Shown here piece after piece: positions 45,727 through 55,171 of a stretch of DNA of 64,000 bases (the first letter of the stretch is position 1; the number at the start of each line of letters is the position of its first letter). The notes under the pieces are model-generated. The model saw only the letters and a program-made list of their open reading frames with translations. It was not told the DNA's origin and did not search any database. The stretch is from an uncultured Candidatus Saccharibacteria bacterium (GTDB lineage Bacteria; Patescibacteriota; Minisyncoccia; Minisyncoccales; CAZJYT01): positions 3,929 through 67,928 of the forward strand of contig CAZKFX010000001.1 in NCBI GenBank assembly GCA_964552375.1. The letters run 5' to 3'. A program made the position numbers and the translations under genes.

Positions 45727-47595
45727 TTAAGGCGGAGGAATTATTCCTTCTCCATAATCTCCTGACATATGAGTACCCAAAAGACAAGTGTCAAAATCAA
45801 AACTTTCATATCCATCAAAGCAAGGATCACCAGGAATTCCTCCCCAGCTATTTTTTAAAATCCAATATCTTTTAACATTATTATACCCTACCAATACCAT
45901 TGCATGATTGGCACCTGGCAGACATTTGTAAATATCACACCCATCATCATCCAAACTTCCTGTGGTTCCCCCTCCAACACCAACCTTTACATACAAGGGC
46001 CCATATTTAATTAAACCATATTGAAGTTCCCCTCTGTTGTTTAAAATTTTTGGGGTGACACTATCAGTATTGGTTATTTTCCATAGCTCAATTGGACTAG
46101 CATCATCACAAGTTGCTGGACAAGGAGAATCAGTTTGCAAATAACCATAGCAATCTTCTGTTGGCACACCATTTGTCTTAATAAAATTGAAAGCACAATT
46201 TCCACCATTACAATCTCCAATAGGACAACAATCTGAAATTAAATACTGTTCAGACAAATCAGGCGTTAAAGAGCTGTCTCCTTTTTCTATTTTATATTTT
46301 GCTTCCATACTTCCTATAGTTGCAAAAGCCCAACAAGCTCCACAAGCTCCTTGATTTTTTACTGGGGTCATCCAATTTTCTCCATTTACATTTCTCCAGT
46401 CCCAAAATTGAGGAGGAATGTGAATAGTGATAGTGTCTGTAGCTACTACTCCTGAGGCGTCAGTTACCTTTAATGTAATAATATGGTCTATTACTGTTGA
46501 AGTAGCAACTCCAGTTAAATCATTTTTAACAAAACTACTAGAAGCGCCAATAACTCCATCTATATTAGAAGTCCATTCTATAGTATAAGGAAGAGTACCT
46601 CCTGTAATTAAGGCTTGAAAATTTATTGGGTCTCCTTGGGCAAAAGCAGTATCATCAGGAGGAGAGGAAATAGTCGCAGTTAAAAAAGGAGGATTAACCT
46701 TTACCTGAGCAGAAGCAACAGCTGTTTTTCCACAATTGTCAGTTACGCGCAAAAGAGGATGATAAGTGCCAGGAATATTGTAAATATAAGTGGTGATTCC
46801 AGAAATGAAGCTTTGCCAGTCAAAAATACCATCTCCTTCAAAATCCCATTCATATTTCACTATTTGACCTTGTCCTGGGGGTGGATCAAAAGAATAGGTG
46901 CTTCCATCAAAATAAACTGTTTCACCTGCTACTACAACAACACTTAGAGCAGTTGGAGAAGGATTTTTTCCTACTCTTGGTTTGGGGACAGGAGGAAGGT
47001 CTTGAATGCAATCTGTTCCTGTCCAACAATAACCTGAATCACAGGCATAACAATTTTCTCCTGCTCCACAACAAACACCTCCAGTGATATGAGAATTGGA
47101 AGGAGAGAAAGTTAGACATCCTGGTATGGCACTACAGGTTGGAGTGCAACCAGAGGAGGTTATTTTAAAATTAGCCACATTTTCTGTTTCGGTGGCAAAT
47201 CCCAAAATATCTTTTGCTTTAATATCAATATAATAATTACCAACAGGAGCACCACTTGAGTCCCAACTATTTCCATATTTTCCATCATTAGCTAAATCAT
47301 CGTTATGAGATCCATCATCATAAAGCTGAACAGTTGCTATATTTGTTTCGTCTGGATTTTGTAAAAAAGCAACAACTGAACTGACTCCAGAGATATCTGT
47401 TACTTTAGCATTAATAATAAAAGTAGCTCCTTGGTCTGCGCTTGAAGGTGAAACACTTACATCAGAAACTGTTGGATAAGGTTGATTTGCTATTTCCAAA
47501 GAAGGTTTTTGAGAAAAAGAAATTTTTATACAAAAAATTCCAAAAATGATTAAAATTAAAAATAACAAAGGAAAAAATTTACTTTTTTTCATCAT
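45727..47595 (-). CDS. Secreted multidomain papain-like (C1) cysteine peptidase with N-terminal beta-sandwich, Cys-rich and PKD-like domains
   Basis: NQGACGACWAFAT (active-site Cys), NHAMVLVGY (His), ILKNSWG (Asn); PKD-like YEWDFEGDG; signal peptide. Confidence 0.7.
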   Translation of the reverse strand: MMKKSKFFPLLFLILIIFGIFCIKISFSQKPSLEIANQPYPTVSDVSVSPSSADQGATFIINAKVTDISGVSSVVAFLQNPDETNIATVQLYDDGSHNDDLANDGKYGNSWDSSGAPVGNYYIDIKAKDILGFATETENVANFKITSSGCTPTCSAIPGCLTFSPSNSHITGGVCCGAGENCYACDSGYCWTGTDCIQDLPPVPKPRVGKNPSPTALSVVVVAGETVYFDGSTYSFDPPPGQGQIVKYEWDFEGDGIFDWQSFISGITTYIYNIPGTYHPLLRVTDNCGKTAVASAQVKVNPPFLTATISSPPDDTAFAQGDPINFQALITGGTLPYTIEWTSNIDGVIGASSSFVKNDLTGVATSTVIDHIITLKVTDASGVVATDTITIHIPPQFWDWRNVNGENWMTPVKNQGACGACWAFATIGSMEAKYKIEKGDSSLTPDLSEQYLISDCCPIGDCNGGNCAFNFIKTNGVPTEDCYGYLQTDSPCPATCDDASPIELWKITNTDSVTPKILNNRGELQYGLIKYGPLYVKVGVGGGTTGSLDDDGCDIYKCLPGANHAMVLVGYNNVKRYWILKNSWGGIPGDPCFDGYESFDFDTCLLGTHMSGDYGEGIIPPP

Positions 47596-48503
47596 ATATT
47601 ATCTAATTTACTACAATTTCCCCAATTATCACAAGCTTTAATATCTACATAATAGGGGCCTTCAGGAAAAGAAGCAGAATTCCAGACATTTCCAAAAATA
47701 CTGTCAGAACTTGAGACATCACTGTGGAGTCCATCGTCAAACAATTCTATTATTTCAAGAACAGTATTGTCAGGTCTCTGCAAAAGAGCATAAGCAGACG
47801 CAATAGGGTTGGCATCGGTTATTTTGACTCTAATTTCAAACAATGTTCCTTGAGGTGCAGAAATAGGAGTAATGTGAGTATTTGTAATATTAGGAGGAGT
47901 AGTGTCTATAAAACCAAAACCGAGAGCTACAAAACATGCAGGACATCCTACTGCTGACCCACAGTCTACATGGGTTTCTCCACAATCTTTTACACCATCT
48001 GAACAATGGTTACAATTTTGGCAATACAAAGAAGAAGGATTGCTGACATCTTCAAAAATCCAGACACCCCCATTACAATAAAGCTGAAGGGATAAATCAC
48101 AATCTCCAGGAGTACAAGTTAATCCAGCAGTAGTCATTGTGCCAGTAGAAGGAGCGACACCAAACAATTTACCACTTATGTTAATTACTACCTTTATAGA
48201 AGAAACAATAAAAATTCCTATTGTAGCCACCAGTATTAATTCTTTTGCTTTTTCAACTCTTTCTGGATTTCCACCAGACATTAAAAGAAAAAAAGCAGCA
48301 CCAATTAAAAGAAAAGTTCCAACAATTACTCCTACCCAAAACAAAAAATTAGTAAAAGTAGAGACCAATTTTTGCCAAATAGGATAAGCACTTGGCCTTT
48401 TTATTACTATAGAAAAGGCTGAAAGAAAAAAGGGCAAAAATAGTAAAAATAACAAAAAATAAAGAAAAAATCTTTTTGAGAAGGTTTTAAAAATGGAAAG
48501 CAT
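47592..48503 (-). CDS. Membrane protein: N-terminal TM + 2-TM 'GG..V..AK..I' module, C-terminal beta-sandwich domain homologous to the N-terminal domain of the 45727 protease
   Basis: FLLIGAAFFLLMSGGNPERVEKAKELILVATIGIFIV; the C-terminal ISAPQGTLFEIRVKITD...LFDDGLHSD...GNVWNS...YYVDIKACD aligns with the protease's N-terminal domain. Confidence 0.45.
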   Translation of the reverse strand: MLSIFKTFSKRFFLYFLLFLLFLPFFLSAFSIVIKRPSAYPIWQKLVSTFTNFLFWVGVIVGTFLLIGAAFFLLMSGGNPERVEKAKELILVATIGIFIVSSIKVVINISGKLFGVAPSTGTMTTAGLTCTPGDCDLSLQLYCNGGVWIFEDVSNPSSLYCQNCNHCSDGVKDCGETHVDCGSAVGCPACFVALGFGFIDTTPPNITNTHITPISAPQGTLFEIRVKITDANPIASAYALLQRPDNTVLEIIELFDDGLHSDVSSSDSIFGNVWNSASFPEGPYYVDIKACDNWGNCSKLDNI

Positions 48504-48641
48504 AAAATTATTTTTTAAATTTTATCATTATCTTGGAAAGATTGCAAGAATAATTGATGTTGACAAAATTGAAAACATTTTTTATTTTTTAAATATAAAA
48601 AAGGTCGTAGGAAAAGGTCGCAAAATAAAAATTAAAAAGAT

Positions 48642-49172
48642 ATGAAAAAAGGAATTGCTATTTTAGGAACAATTTGTCTTTTGGGAGTTTTAATTTTGCC
48701 AGCAATAAGTGAAGCTGCAAGGACAACGACAAACTGTTGTCAGATTAGAAGGACATTTTCTTTTAATGGAAAGACTTGGTTGTCTGGAAGATGTTATGGA
48801 GAAATAGGAATAGAATATGGTACGACAGCTGTTACTACTACTGCTACAGGATGTGAAACACCAGGAGGAGTTGTACTATGTGAAGCCGCACCAGGACTTG
48901 GAGTGGAGCCAGGTAAAAATGTAGAACAAAGACCTGACTGGGGTGCTGGATGTATGCTAAATAGTGTCTATCGGATTTCAGACTTTATTTTCATGATTTT
49001 GATTGTAGTGGCAGTAATTATTGGTTTGGCAGGAGGTTATAATATTTTGACTGCTGGAGGTGATGCTGAAAAAGTGAACAAAGGAAGAGACTTGATATTG
49101 TATGCTATTATTGGAATGGTAGTAGCTTTCTTTGCAAGAGCTATTCCTTCAATTGTATCTCTGTTGATATAA
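48642..49172 (+). CDS. Secreted Cys/Thr-rich domain with C-terminal 2-TM 'GG..V..AK..I' hairpin module (pilin-like candidate)
   Basis: Signal peptide ..AISEAA; IVVAVIIGLAGGYNILTAGGDAEKVNKGRDLILYAIIGMVVAFF. Confidence 0.4.
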   Translation: MKKGIAILGTICLLGVLILPAISEAARTTTNCCQIRRTFSFNGKTWLSGRCYGEIGIEYGTTAVTTTATGCETPGGVVLCEAAPGLGVEPGKNVEQRPDWGAGCMLNSVYRISDFIFMILIVVAVIIGLAGGYNILTAGGDAEKVNKGRDLILYAIIGMVVAFFARAIPSIVSLLI

Positions 49173-49214
49173 AAGTTAGAAAGAATCGAGGGTGGAAGGG
49201 GTGGGGCTTCCCTT

Positions 49215-50675
49215 TTGATGTTACAAAAGGGAAAAAAAGGTTTTTTTGAATTAAATAAAAATTTGATAATTTTTTTCTTTTTGGGAACATTAGCAGGTTC
49301 CCTTTTTTCTTTTATTTTAATTTCTAAAGCAGAATTTAAAGGGAAAATTGACTATTTTGGAAAAATTGAAATTTTAACTGAAGTTTCACAGTCTATCAAA
49401 TTAGACAATAAAAAATTTAATGAAAAGATTGAGACAAAAACAAAAAAAATTTTTAGTGGCGAAACTGCTTTTTTGGGTGCTCATTATATTAAAAACGAAA
49501 GTGTTCTTCCTAAAAGAATAAAAATAATTACAAATGATAATCCAGAAAATTTAAATTTTTTACCAGTTGAAATGGTTTGGCAGGCAGTTCAAATTACTAC
49601 TGGAAAAACCTACAAAAGAAACCCAAGTGTTTTAAAAGATAGCAGAGGAAATTTGTGGTTATTTTTCTCTCAAGATACATATTTTGGTCAGGAAGGCAAA
49701 GGATGTGATGAAGAGGGCGTCAATTGTGAAAATCATCAATATGAGGGTTATTACATAATTTCTCAAGATCAAGGAATTTCTTTTTCTCAACCTTTCAAAT
49801 TTCCAGAGATTGAAAATTTTCATCCAAAAATAATTTCTCCAATTGAAGATGAAAAGGGAAGAATTTGGGTTTTTCTTTCAGATAGTAAAGGAGAAAAAGG
49901 AATTTATTATTTTATTATCAACAATGGAAAATTCAGTGAGCCAAAAAAATTGGAAATTGTCAAAAATAATGTAGATTTTGTCTCTGTGGCAAAGAAAGAA
50001 AATTTAATTTTTGTAATTTATGAAGATAAAGAAGGTTCAAAAATAGTTTGGACAAAAGATTTTGGTGAAAGCTGGGAAGGGCCTTTTTTAATAGACAAAA
50101 GAGCTTCAAGGGCAAGAGGAATTTTTGCAAAAGATGGAAAATTAAAAATTGTTTGGCAAAACAAAGAAACAAAAAAGGGAATTTATTTGACAGATTGCAA
50201 TTTTGAGAACTCTTTTTTAAATTGTTCCTCCTCTTTGGTTTATCTGGTAGAAGGGTTTGCCACAGAAGATAAAGAGCCCTTTTTATTGCAAGATTCTTTT
50301 TCTAATTTTTGGTTATTTTGGACAGTAAAAGAAGGAAAAGAAAAAGGTAAAATTACTCAATGGATAAATTTTGCTACCTCTTCAGATTTAAAAAAATTTT
50401 CTTTACCAAAAATTTTAATGAAAAGAGAAAATAGATGGAATTTTTCTCCTTTTGCCATAGAAAATAAAAATCAAATCTATCTCTTTTTTGCCTCAGAAAA
50501 CGATAGATATTCCTCTGAAGGAAGGGTAAATTCTAATATTTGGATGGCAAAATTGGGAAAAGAGATTGAAATTGAAATTTTACCAAAAGAGAAAATTGGT
50601 TTTGATGTCGCTTTTATTTTTAGAGAAAATTTAGCACAAAATGATTATTTAACAATTGTTGAAATTAAAAAATAA
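49215..50675 (+). CDS. Membrane-anchored BNR/Asp-box repeat protein (sialidase-like beta-propeller candidate)
   Basis: Asp-boxes SQDQGISF and TKDFGESW; recurring W.F(F/L)S / W.FW strands; N-terminal TM helix. Confidence 0.55.
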   Translation: MMLQKGKKGFFELNKNLIIFFFLGTLAGSLFSFILISKAEFKGKIDYFGKIEILTEVSQSIKLDNKKFNEKIETKTKKIFSGETAFLGAHYIKNESVLPKRIKIITNDNPENLNFLPVEMVWQAVQITTGKTYKRNPSVLKDSRGNLWLFFSQDTYFGQEGKGCDEEGVNCENHQYEGYYIISQDQGISFSQPFKFPEIENFHPKIISPIEDEKGRIWVFLSDSKGEKGIYYFIINNGKFSEPKKLEIVKNNVDFVSVAKKENLIFVIYEDKEGSKIVWTKDFGESWEGPFLIDKRASRARGIFAKDGKLKIVWQNKETKKGIYLTDCNFENSFLNCSSSLVYLVEGFATEDKEPFLLQDSFSNFWLFWTVKEGKEKGKITQWINFATSSDLKKFSLPKILMKRENRWNFSPFAIENKNQIYLFFASENDRYSSEGRVNSNIWMAKLGKEIEIEILPKEKIGFDVAFIFRENLAQNDYLTIVEIKK

Positions 50676-50679
50676 TTTT

Positions 50680-51939
50680 TTAAAAAATTTGATTTTTTAT
50701 TAAATCTTCAAAACTCTCTCTCTTTCTTATTAGCTTTACCTTTCCATTTAAAATTGCAATTTCAGCTGGTCTTAATCTTGAGTTAAATTGAGAAGACATT
50801 GAAAAACCATAAGCTCCGGCATTAAAAATTGCCAGAATATCTCCTTCTTTCAAAACAGGCAATTTTCTTAATTCTTTTTTGCTGGTATTAAAAACATCCC
50901 CTCCTTCACACAAATTTCCTCCGATTAAATACTTTTTAAATTTTTTGGATTTAACTTTCAAAGAAAGTAAAATTTTATGAAAGGCTCCATAAATAAAAGG
51001 TCTAGCAAAAATATTGAATCCTGCATCTAAAATACAAACATCAATTGGTTTTTCTCCTTGACTAAGATGGACTACTTTTGTTAACAGCACCCCAGCATTA
51101 CCAATTATAAATCTTCCAGGCTCAATTCTTGCCTCAAAAACTCCAGCCTCCTTTGTTGCTCTTTTTATTATTTTGGCATAAGAGGTTAATTCTTTTTGAT
51201 TAAAATCTCTTTCTTTAGGAGAATGGGCAATTCCAATTCCTCCACCAAAATCAAGGAAATTTAAATTTGTTATTTTTTTTACTCTTTTGGCAACATCTGT
51301 CATTACTCTGGCAATTTTTTCAAAAACCAAAAGATCTTTTGCTAACCAGTTAGAACCAGCATGGCAATGCAAACCCAAAACCTCCAAACCTTCTTTTTTT
51401 GCCAATTTTACAGCTTCTATTGCTTTCGGGGGAATTATTCCAAATTTACTGTATTTTCCTCCTGTTTTTATATGGGAATGGGCTCCAATTTCAATTAGAG
51501 GATTTATTCTTATTCCAATTTGAAAAATTTTTTTCTTTTTAGAAATCTTTTTAATTTGGGAAAAAGAATCTGCATTAATGAAAATTGATTTTTTTGCTAA
51601 ATAATCCAAATCTTTATCAGTTAAAGCAGGACAAGTTAACATTATTTCTCTTTCTGAAAAACCTGCCTTTAAAGCAGTTTCTACCTCAAAAGGAGAAGCT
51701 GTATCTACTCCATCTACTTTATTTTTTAAAAACTTAAGCAAAGCTAAAGATGAATTTGCTTTTTGGGCATAATAAATTTTAATATTGGCTTTAGCCTTTT
51801 TGATAGCTTTTTTTAACTTTTCAATATTTTGAGCAACCTTCTCAAAGTCATAAACATAAAGAGGAGTCCCAAATTCTTTGGCTAATTCCTCCGCTTTTAT
51901 GTTTCCAAAATATAATTGATTATTTTTAATTTTAATCAT
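50680..51939 (-). CDS. lysA: Diaminopimelate decarboxylase (fold-III PLP decarboxylase)
   Basis: YYAQKANSS (PLP Lys), HCHAGSN, GGGIGIAH, CEGGDVF. Confidence 0.8.
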   Translation of the reverse strand: MIKIKNNQLYFGNIKAEELAKEFGTPLYVYDFEKVAQNIEKLKKAIKKAKANIKIYYAQKANSSLALLKFLKNKVDGVDTASPFEVETALKAGFSEREIMLTCPALTDKDLDYLAKKSIFINADSFSQIKKISKKKKIFQIGIRINPLIEIGAHSHIKTGGKYSKFGIIPPKAIEAVKLAKKEGLEVLGLHCHAGSNWLAKDLLVFEKIARVMTDVAKRVKKITNLNFLDFGGGIGIAHSPKERDFNQKELTSYAKIIKRATKEAGVFEARIEPGRFIIGNAGVLLTKVVHLSQGEKPIDVCILDAGFNIFARPFIYGAFHKILLSLKVKSKKFKKYLIGGNLCEGGDVFNTSKKELRKLPVLKEGDILAIFNAGAYGFSMSSQFNSRLRPAEIAILNGKVKLIRKRESFEDLIKNQIF

Positions 51940-52801
51940 TTTTTAAATGTCTTATTAAAGCCCTTTGGATAGCCTTAATTGGAGCCTTTCTCTTTGTGTA
52001 ATATTCAAATTGAGCAACTCCTTGTTCTAAAAACATTTCAATTCCAGAGACAATTTTTGCTCCTTTTTTTTCTGCTTCTTTTAGCATTTTTGTTTTGAGA
52101 GGAGAATAAATAACATCCATTACAATTTGTTTTTTTGAAAAGACTTCTTTTGGAACTGGAGAAATATTTTGGTAAGGAGGCATTCCCAAAGGAGTGGCAT
52201 TAATAATAATATCAAAATCTTTCAATTCCATTAAGTTAGAAAAGTCTGAATATTCCAGATTAAATTTTTTAGCTAATTTTTTTGCTTCATTTTTGTCTTT
52301 GTTAAAAATTTTTATTTTCCCTCCTTCTTTTTTTAATCCATACACTATTGCTCTTGCTGCTCCCCCAGCTCCAATTATTCCAATTTTTTTTCCTTTGATT
52401 TTTGTTCTTTTTTTAATTGGTTTTAAACCTCCCAACCAGTCAGTATTGTAACCTTTCAAAATTCCATTTTCATTGACTATTGTATTTACCGCTCCAATTT
52501 CTTTTGCTACCTTGTCTATTTCATCTAAATATTTCATTACCTTTACTTTATGAGGCATAGTACAACTTACTCCTCTTATTCCCATTATTCTGATAGCCTT
52601 TATTGCCCACTTTAAATCTTTCAATTTTACTCTTGCTCCCAAAAATACAAATTCGTCTTCAATTCCCAAGACTTTGTAACCTGTATTGTGTAATAAAGGA
52701 GAAAGTGAATGCTCTATTGGATCTCCAATTACCAAACAAATTTTTGTTTTAGCTGAAATCATAATTTTTATAAATTCCAACAATATCTGAAAGAACAGCA
52801 C
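51932..52801 (-). CDS. aroE: Shikimate dehydrogenase
   Basis: IGDPIEHSLSPLLHN, GYNTDW, IIGAGGAARAIVYGL. Confidence 0.85.
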   Translation of the reverse strand: MLFFQILLEFIKIMISAKTKICLVIGDPIEHSLSPLLHNTGYKVLGIEDEFVFLGARVKLKDLKWAIKAIRIMGIRGVSCTMPHKVKVMKYLDEIDKVAKEIGAVNTIVNENGILKGYNTDWLGGLKPIKKRTKIKGKKIGIIGAGGAARAIVYGLKKEGGKIKIFNKDKNEAKKLAKKFNLEYSDFSNLMELKDFDIIINATPLGMPPYQNISPVPKEVFSKKQIVMDVIYSPLKTKMLKEAEKKGAKIVSGIEMFLEQGVAQFEYYTKRKAPIKAIQRALIRHLKND

Positions 52802-53759
52802 TTGCGGTTTCTATAGGGCCTGCTCCTTTTCCTAAAATGGTAATTTCATCTGCCAATTCTGTTTTTATTTTCACTACATTTAAAGTATCATCTACATTTA
52901 AAGGATCATTTTTAGGGATTAATTGAGGTTCTACTTTCAAAAGCCCATCTTTGTTTACCTTTCCTATTAGTTTTACTGCATACCCTGATTTTTCTGCTAA
53001 TCTTAAAAATTCAGAGGTTATTTCTCTAATTCCCTTTATTTTTACATCTTTCAAAGTGGCACAAATCCCAAAAACTGCATTAGCCAAAATGACAAGTTTT
53101 ATTGCGGTATCAATTCCATCAATGTCTTTTGAAGGATCTGTTTCAGCAATTCCCATTTGTTGAGCTTTTTTTAAAGCTTGCTCTAAAGACAATCTTTCTT
53201 TTGTCATTTTGGTCAAAATATAATTAGAGGTGCCATTAAGAATTCCTTTTATAGAAATAATTTCTCTCTCTTGCAACTCATTTTTAGCTAAAGAAATTAT
53301 TGGCAAAGCTCCTCCTACTGTTGCTCCAAATTTTAGCTTTTTTTGTTTTTCTTTTGCTAATTTCATCAATTTCTTGTAAGCCAAAGCTATAGGACCTTTA
53401 TTTGAAGTAACTACATTTTTTCCAGTTTCCAGAGCTGAAATTATATGGCTCAATCCAGGTTCTCCATTCTCAATATTTGTGGGAGTAGCCTCTACCAAAA
53501 CCTCGTAATTTAAACTTTTTATTATTTTCAGGGTATCTTTTTCATCTATTCTTTCTCCTCTTTTGAAAGCTTCTATTTCTTTTGTCGTTAATCCATTTTC
53601 ATTTATTATTAATCCGTTTTTATTTCCAATTCCAACAATTTTTAAAAAAATTCCATATTTTTTATATATTTTTTCTTTTTTCCTCTCTATTACCTCTCTT
53701 GTGCCACTTCCTACATTTCCAAAACCAATTAATAAAATTCTTACTATTTTTTCTTTCAT
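52749..53759 (-). CDS. hom: Homoserine dehydrogenase
   Basis: VRILLIGFGNVGSG; LNGTSNYILT; HSD catalytic domain; 53-nt overlap with aroE. Confidence 0.8.
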   Translation of the reverse strand: MKEKIVRILLIGFGNVGSGTREVIERKKEKIYKKYGIFLKIVGIGNKNGLIINENGLTTKEIEAFKRGERIDEKDTLKIIKSLNYEVLVEATPTNIENGEPGLSHIISALETGKNVVTSNKGPIALAYKKLMKLAKEKQKKLKFGATVGGALPIISLAKNELQEREIISIKGILNGTSNYILTKMTKERLSLEQALKKAQQMGIAETDPSKDIDGIDTAIKLVILANAVFGICATLKDVKIKGIREITSEFLRLAEKSGYAVKLIGKVNKDGLLKVEPQLIPKNDPLNVDDTLNVVKIKTELADEITILGKGAGPIETASAVLSDIVGIYKNYDFS

Positions 53760-53760
53760 T

Positions 53761-54336
53761 TTAGTTTGATTTTAAAATTGAAAGAATTTTTTTTAAAATT
53801 TCTTTTGGGGTTTGATTGGAAATTTCTAAAATAAAATCTGCCCTTTTTTCATAAAGTGGTAGTCTTTGAGAATAAATTTCCATTTCTTTTTCAAGAGAGC
53901 TTTTTTTGCCAGTTAATGGGGGTCTCCATTCTTTGTTATATTTTTCATTTTCTTTTTTTAACCTCTCTTTCAATATTTCTTTTTTCACTTTTAAAAAAAT
54001 TATAATTTTTTCTGGTAGCTTTTTAACTAAATTAAAATTTTTTTCTCCAAAGGTCAAGTTCTTTGAAAATTTTACATCATTTACAAACAATCCTCCTCCC
54101 GTAGCGACCACAATTTTTTCTTTTTTAATTATTTCTTTTAAAACATTGTGTTCCAAAAGACGAAATTTAAACCAGTCTTTACCATCTTGAGTAATTTTAG
54201 CAATTGACTTTTTAGCTTTTTTTACTATCAATTCATCCATTTCTACAAATTCATAATTTAATTTTTTTGCTAAAATTTTTCCCAAGGTTGTTTTTCCAGC
54301 TCCCCTAAATCCAGTTAAAAAAATCTTTTTTTTCAT
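53761..54336 (-). CDS. aroK: Shikimate kinase
   Basis: IFLTGFRGAGKTTLGKILAKKL P-loop, EMDELI, VVATGGGLF. Confidence 0.75.
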   Translation of the reverse strand: MKKKIFLTGFRGAGKTTLGKILAKKLNYEFVEMDELIVKKAKKSIAKITQDGKDWFKFRLLEHNVLKEIIKKEKIVVATGGGLFVNDVKFSKNLTFGEKNFNLVKKLPEKIIIFLKVKKEILKERLKKENEKYNKEWRPPLTGKKSSLEKEMEIYSQRLPLYEKRADFILEISNQTPKEILKKILSILKSN

Positions 54337-54411
54337 TAATTAAAATTTTATAAAATAATAAAGAAATTGACAAAATTTGACAGGAAAATTTAAATTTGCT
54401 AATATCCCTTT

Positions 54412-54618
54412 ATGGAATTTAAAAAATTTGCCAAAAAAATTTCAAGCTTCTTTAAAGAAGCCTTTTTAGAATTGAAAAAGGTAAAATGGTTGAGCAGAAA
54501 AGAAACAATTGAGTATACTTTAGTGGTTATTTTTATTACCTTGGTAGTAGCTATTTTTTTGGGAAGTTTAGATTATTTGTTTTATAAAGCAATCCGCTAT
54601 TTTATATTGAAATATTAA
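54412..54618 (+). CDS. secE: Preprotein translocase subunit SecE
   Basis: FLELKKVKWLSRKETIEYTLVVIFITLVVAIFLGSLDY; immediately upstream of nusG. Confidence 0.8.
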   Translation: MEFKKFAKKISSFFKEAFLELKKVKWLSRKETIEYTLVVIFITLVVAIFLGSLDYLFYKAIRYFILKY

Positions 54619-54619
54619 A

Positions 54620-55165
54620 ATGCCAAAACAAAATTTACCTCAAGAAAGAAATTGGTACGTAATCCATACTTATTCTGGCTACGAAGAGGCAGTAGCTAAG
54701 GCTCTAAAACAAAGAGTAGAAAATTTAGGTTTAAAAGATAAGATTTTTAATGTCATTGTCCCCAAAGAGAAAAAGATTAAAATCAAAAATGGAAAAAGAA
54801 AGGTGGTAGAAGAAAAAATTTATCCAGGTTATGTATTAGTAGAAATGATAGTTACTGATGAGACCTGGTATGTAGTTAGAAACACTCCCAATGTGACAGG
54901 ATTTGTAGGAGCAGGAACAACACCAATTCCTCTTTCAGAAAAAGAAATAGAGATACTCAAAAAGAGAATGAGTCAAAAAGAGCCAGAGCATAAAATTGAT
55001 GTGAAAATTGGAGAAATAGTGAGAATTGTTGATGGTCCTTTTAAAGATTTTGATGGAAAGGTTGCCGAAATTGATGAAAAAAGAGGAAAAGTTAAGGTTT
55101 TGGTTAATTTATTCGGAAGAGATACTCCAGTAGAATTAGATTGTCTTCAAATTAAAAAAATATAA
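54620..55165 (+). CDS. nusG: Transcription termination/antitermination factor NusG
   Basis: NWYVIHTYSGYE NGN domain; C-terminal KOW GEIVRIVDGPFKDFDGKV. Confidence 0.9.
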   Translation: MPKQNLPQERNWYVIHTYSGYEEAVAKALKQRVENLGLKDKIFNVIVPKEKKIKIKNGKRKVVEEKIYPGYVLVEMIVTDETWYVVRNTPNVTGFVGAGTTPIPLSEKEIEILKKRMSQKEPEHKIDVKIGEIVRIVDGPFKDFDGKVAEIDEKRGKVKVLVNLFGRDTPVELDCLQIKKI

Positions 55166-55171
55166 TTTTTT

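Noticed and set aside
49194-49216. Possible intrinsic terminator after the 48642-49172 gene (GGAAG-GGGTGGGG-CTTCC + TTTT)
   Set aside because: Only a 5-bp stem with an 8-nt G-rich loop. Too weak to call, and the T-run overlaps the next gene's start.
44784-50700. Direct repeat of the tRNA-Thr 3' end marking an integrated island boundary
   Set aside because: I scanned the lysA-proximal boundary and internal gaps and did not see a copy of GGTTCGAGTCCCCGGGACGGC. No integrase gene is present, so the region is not called a mobile element.
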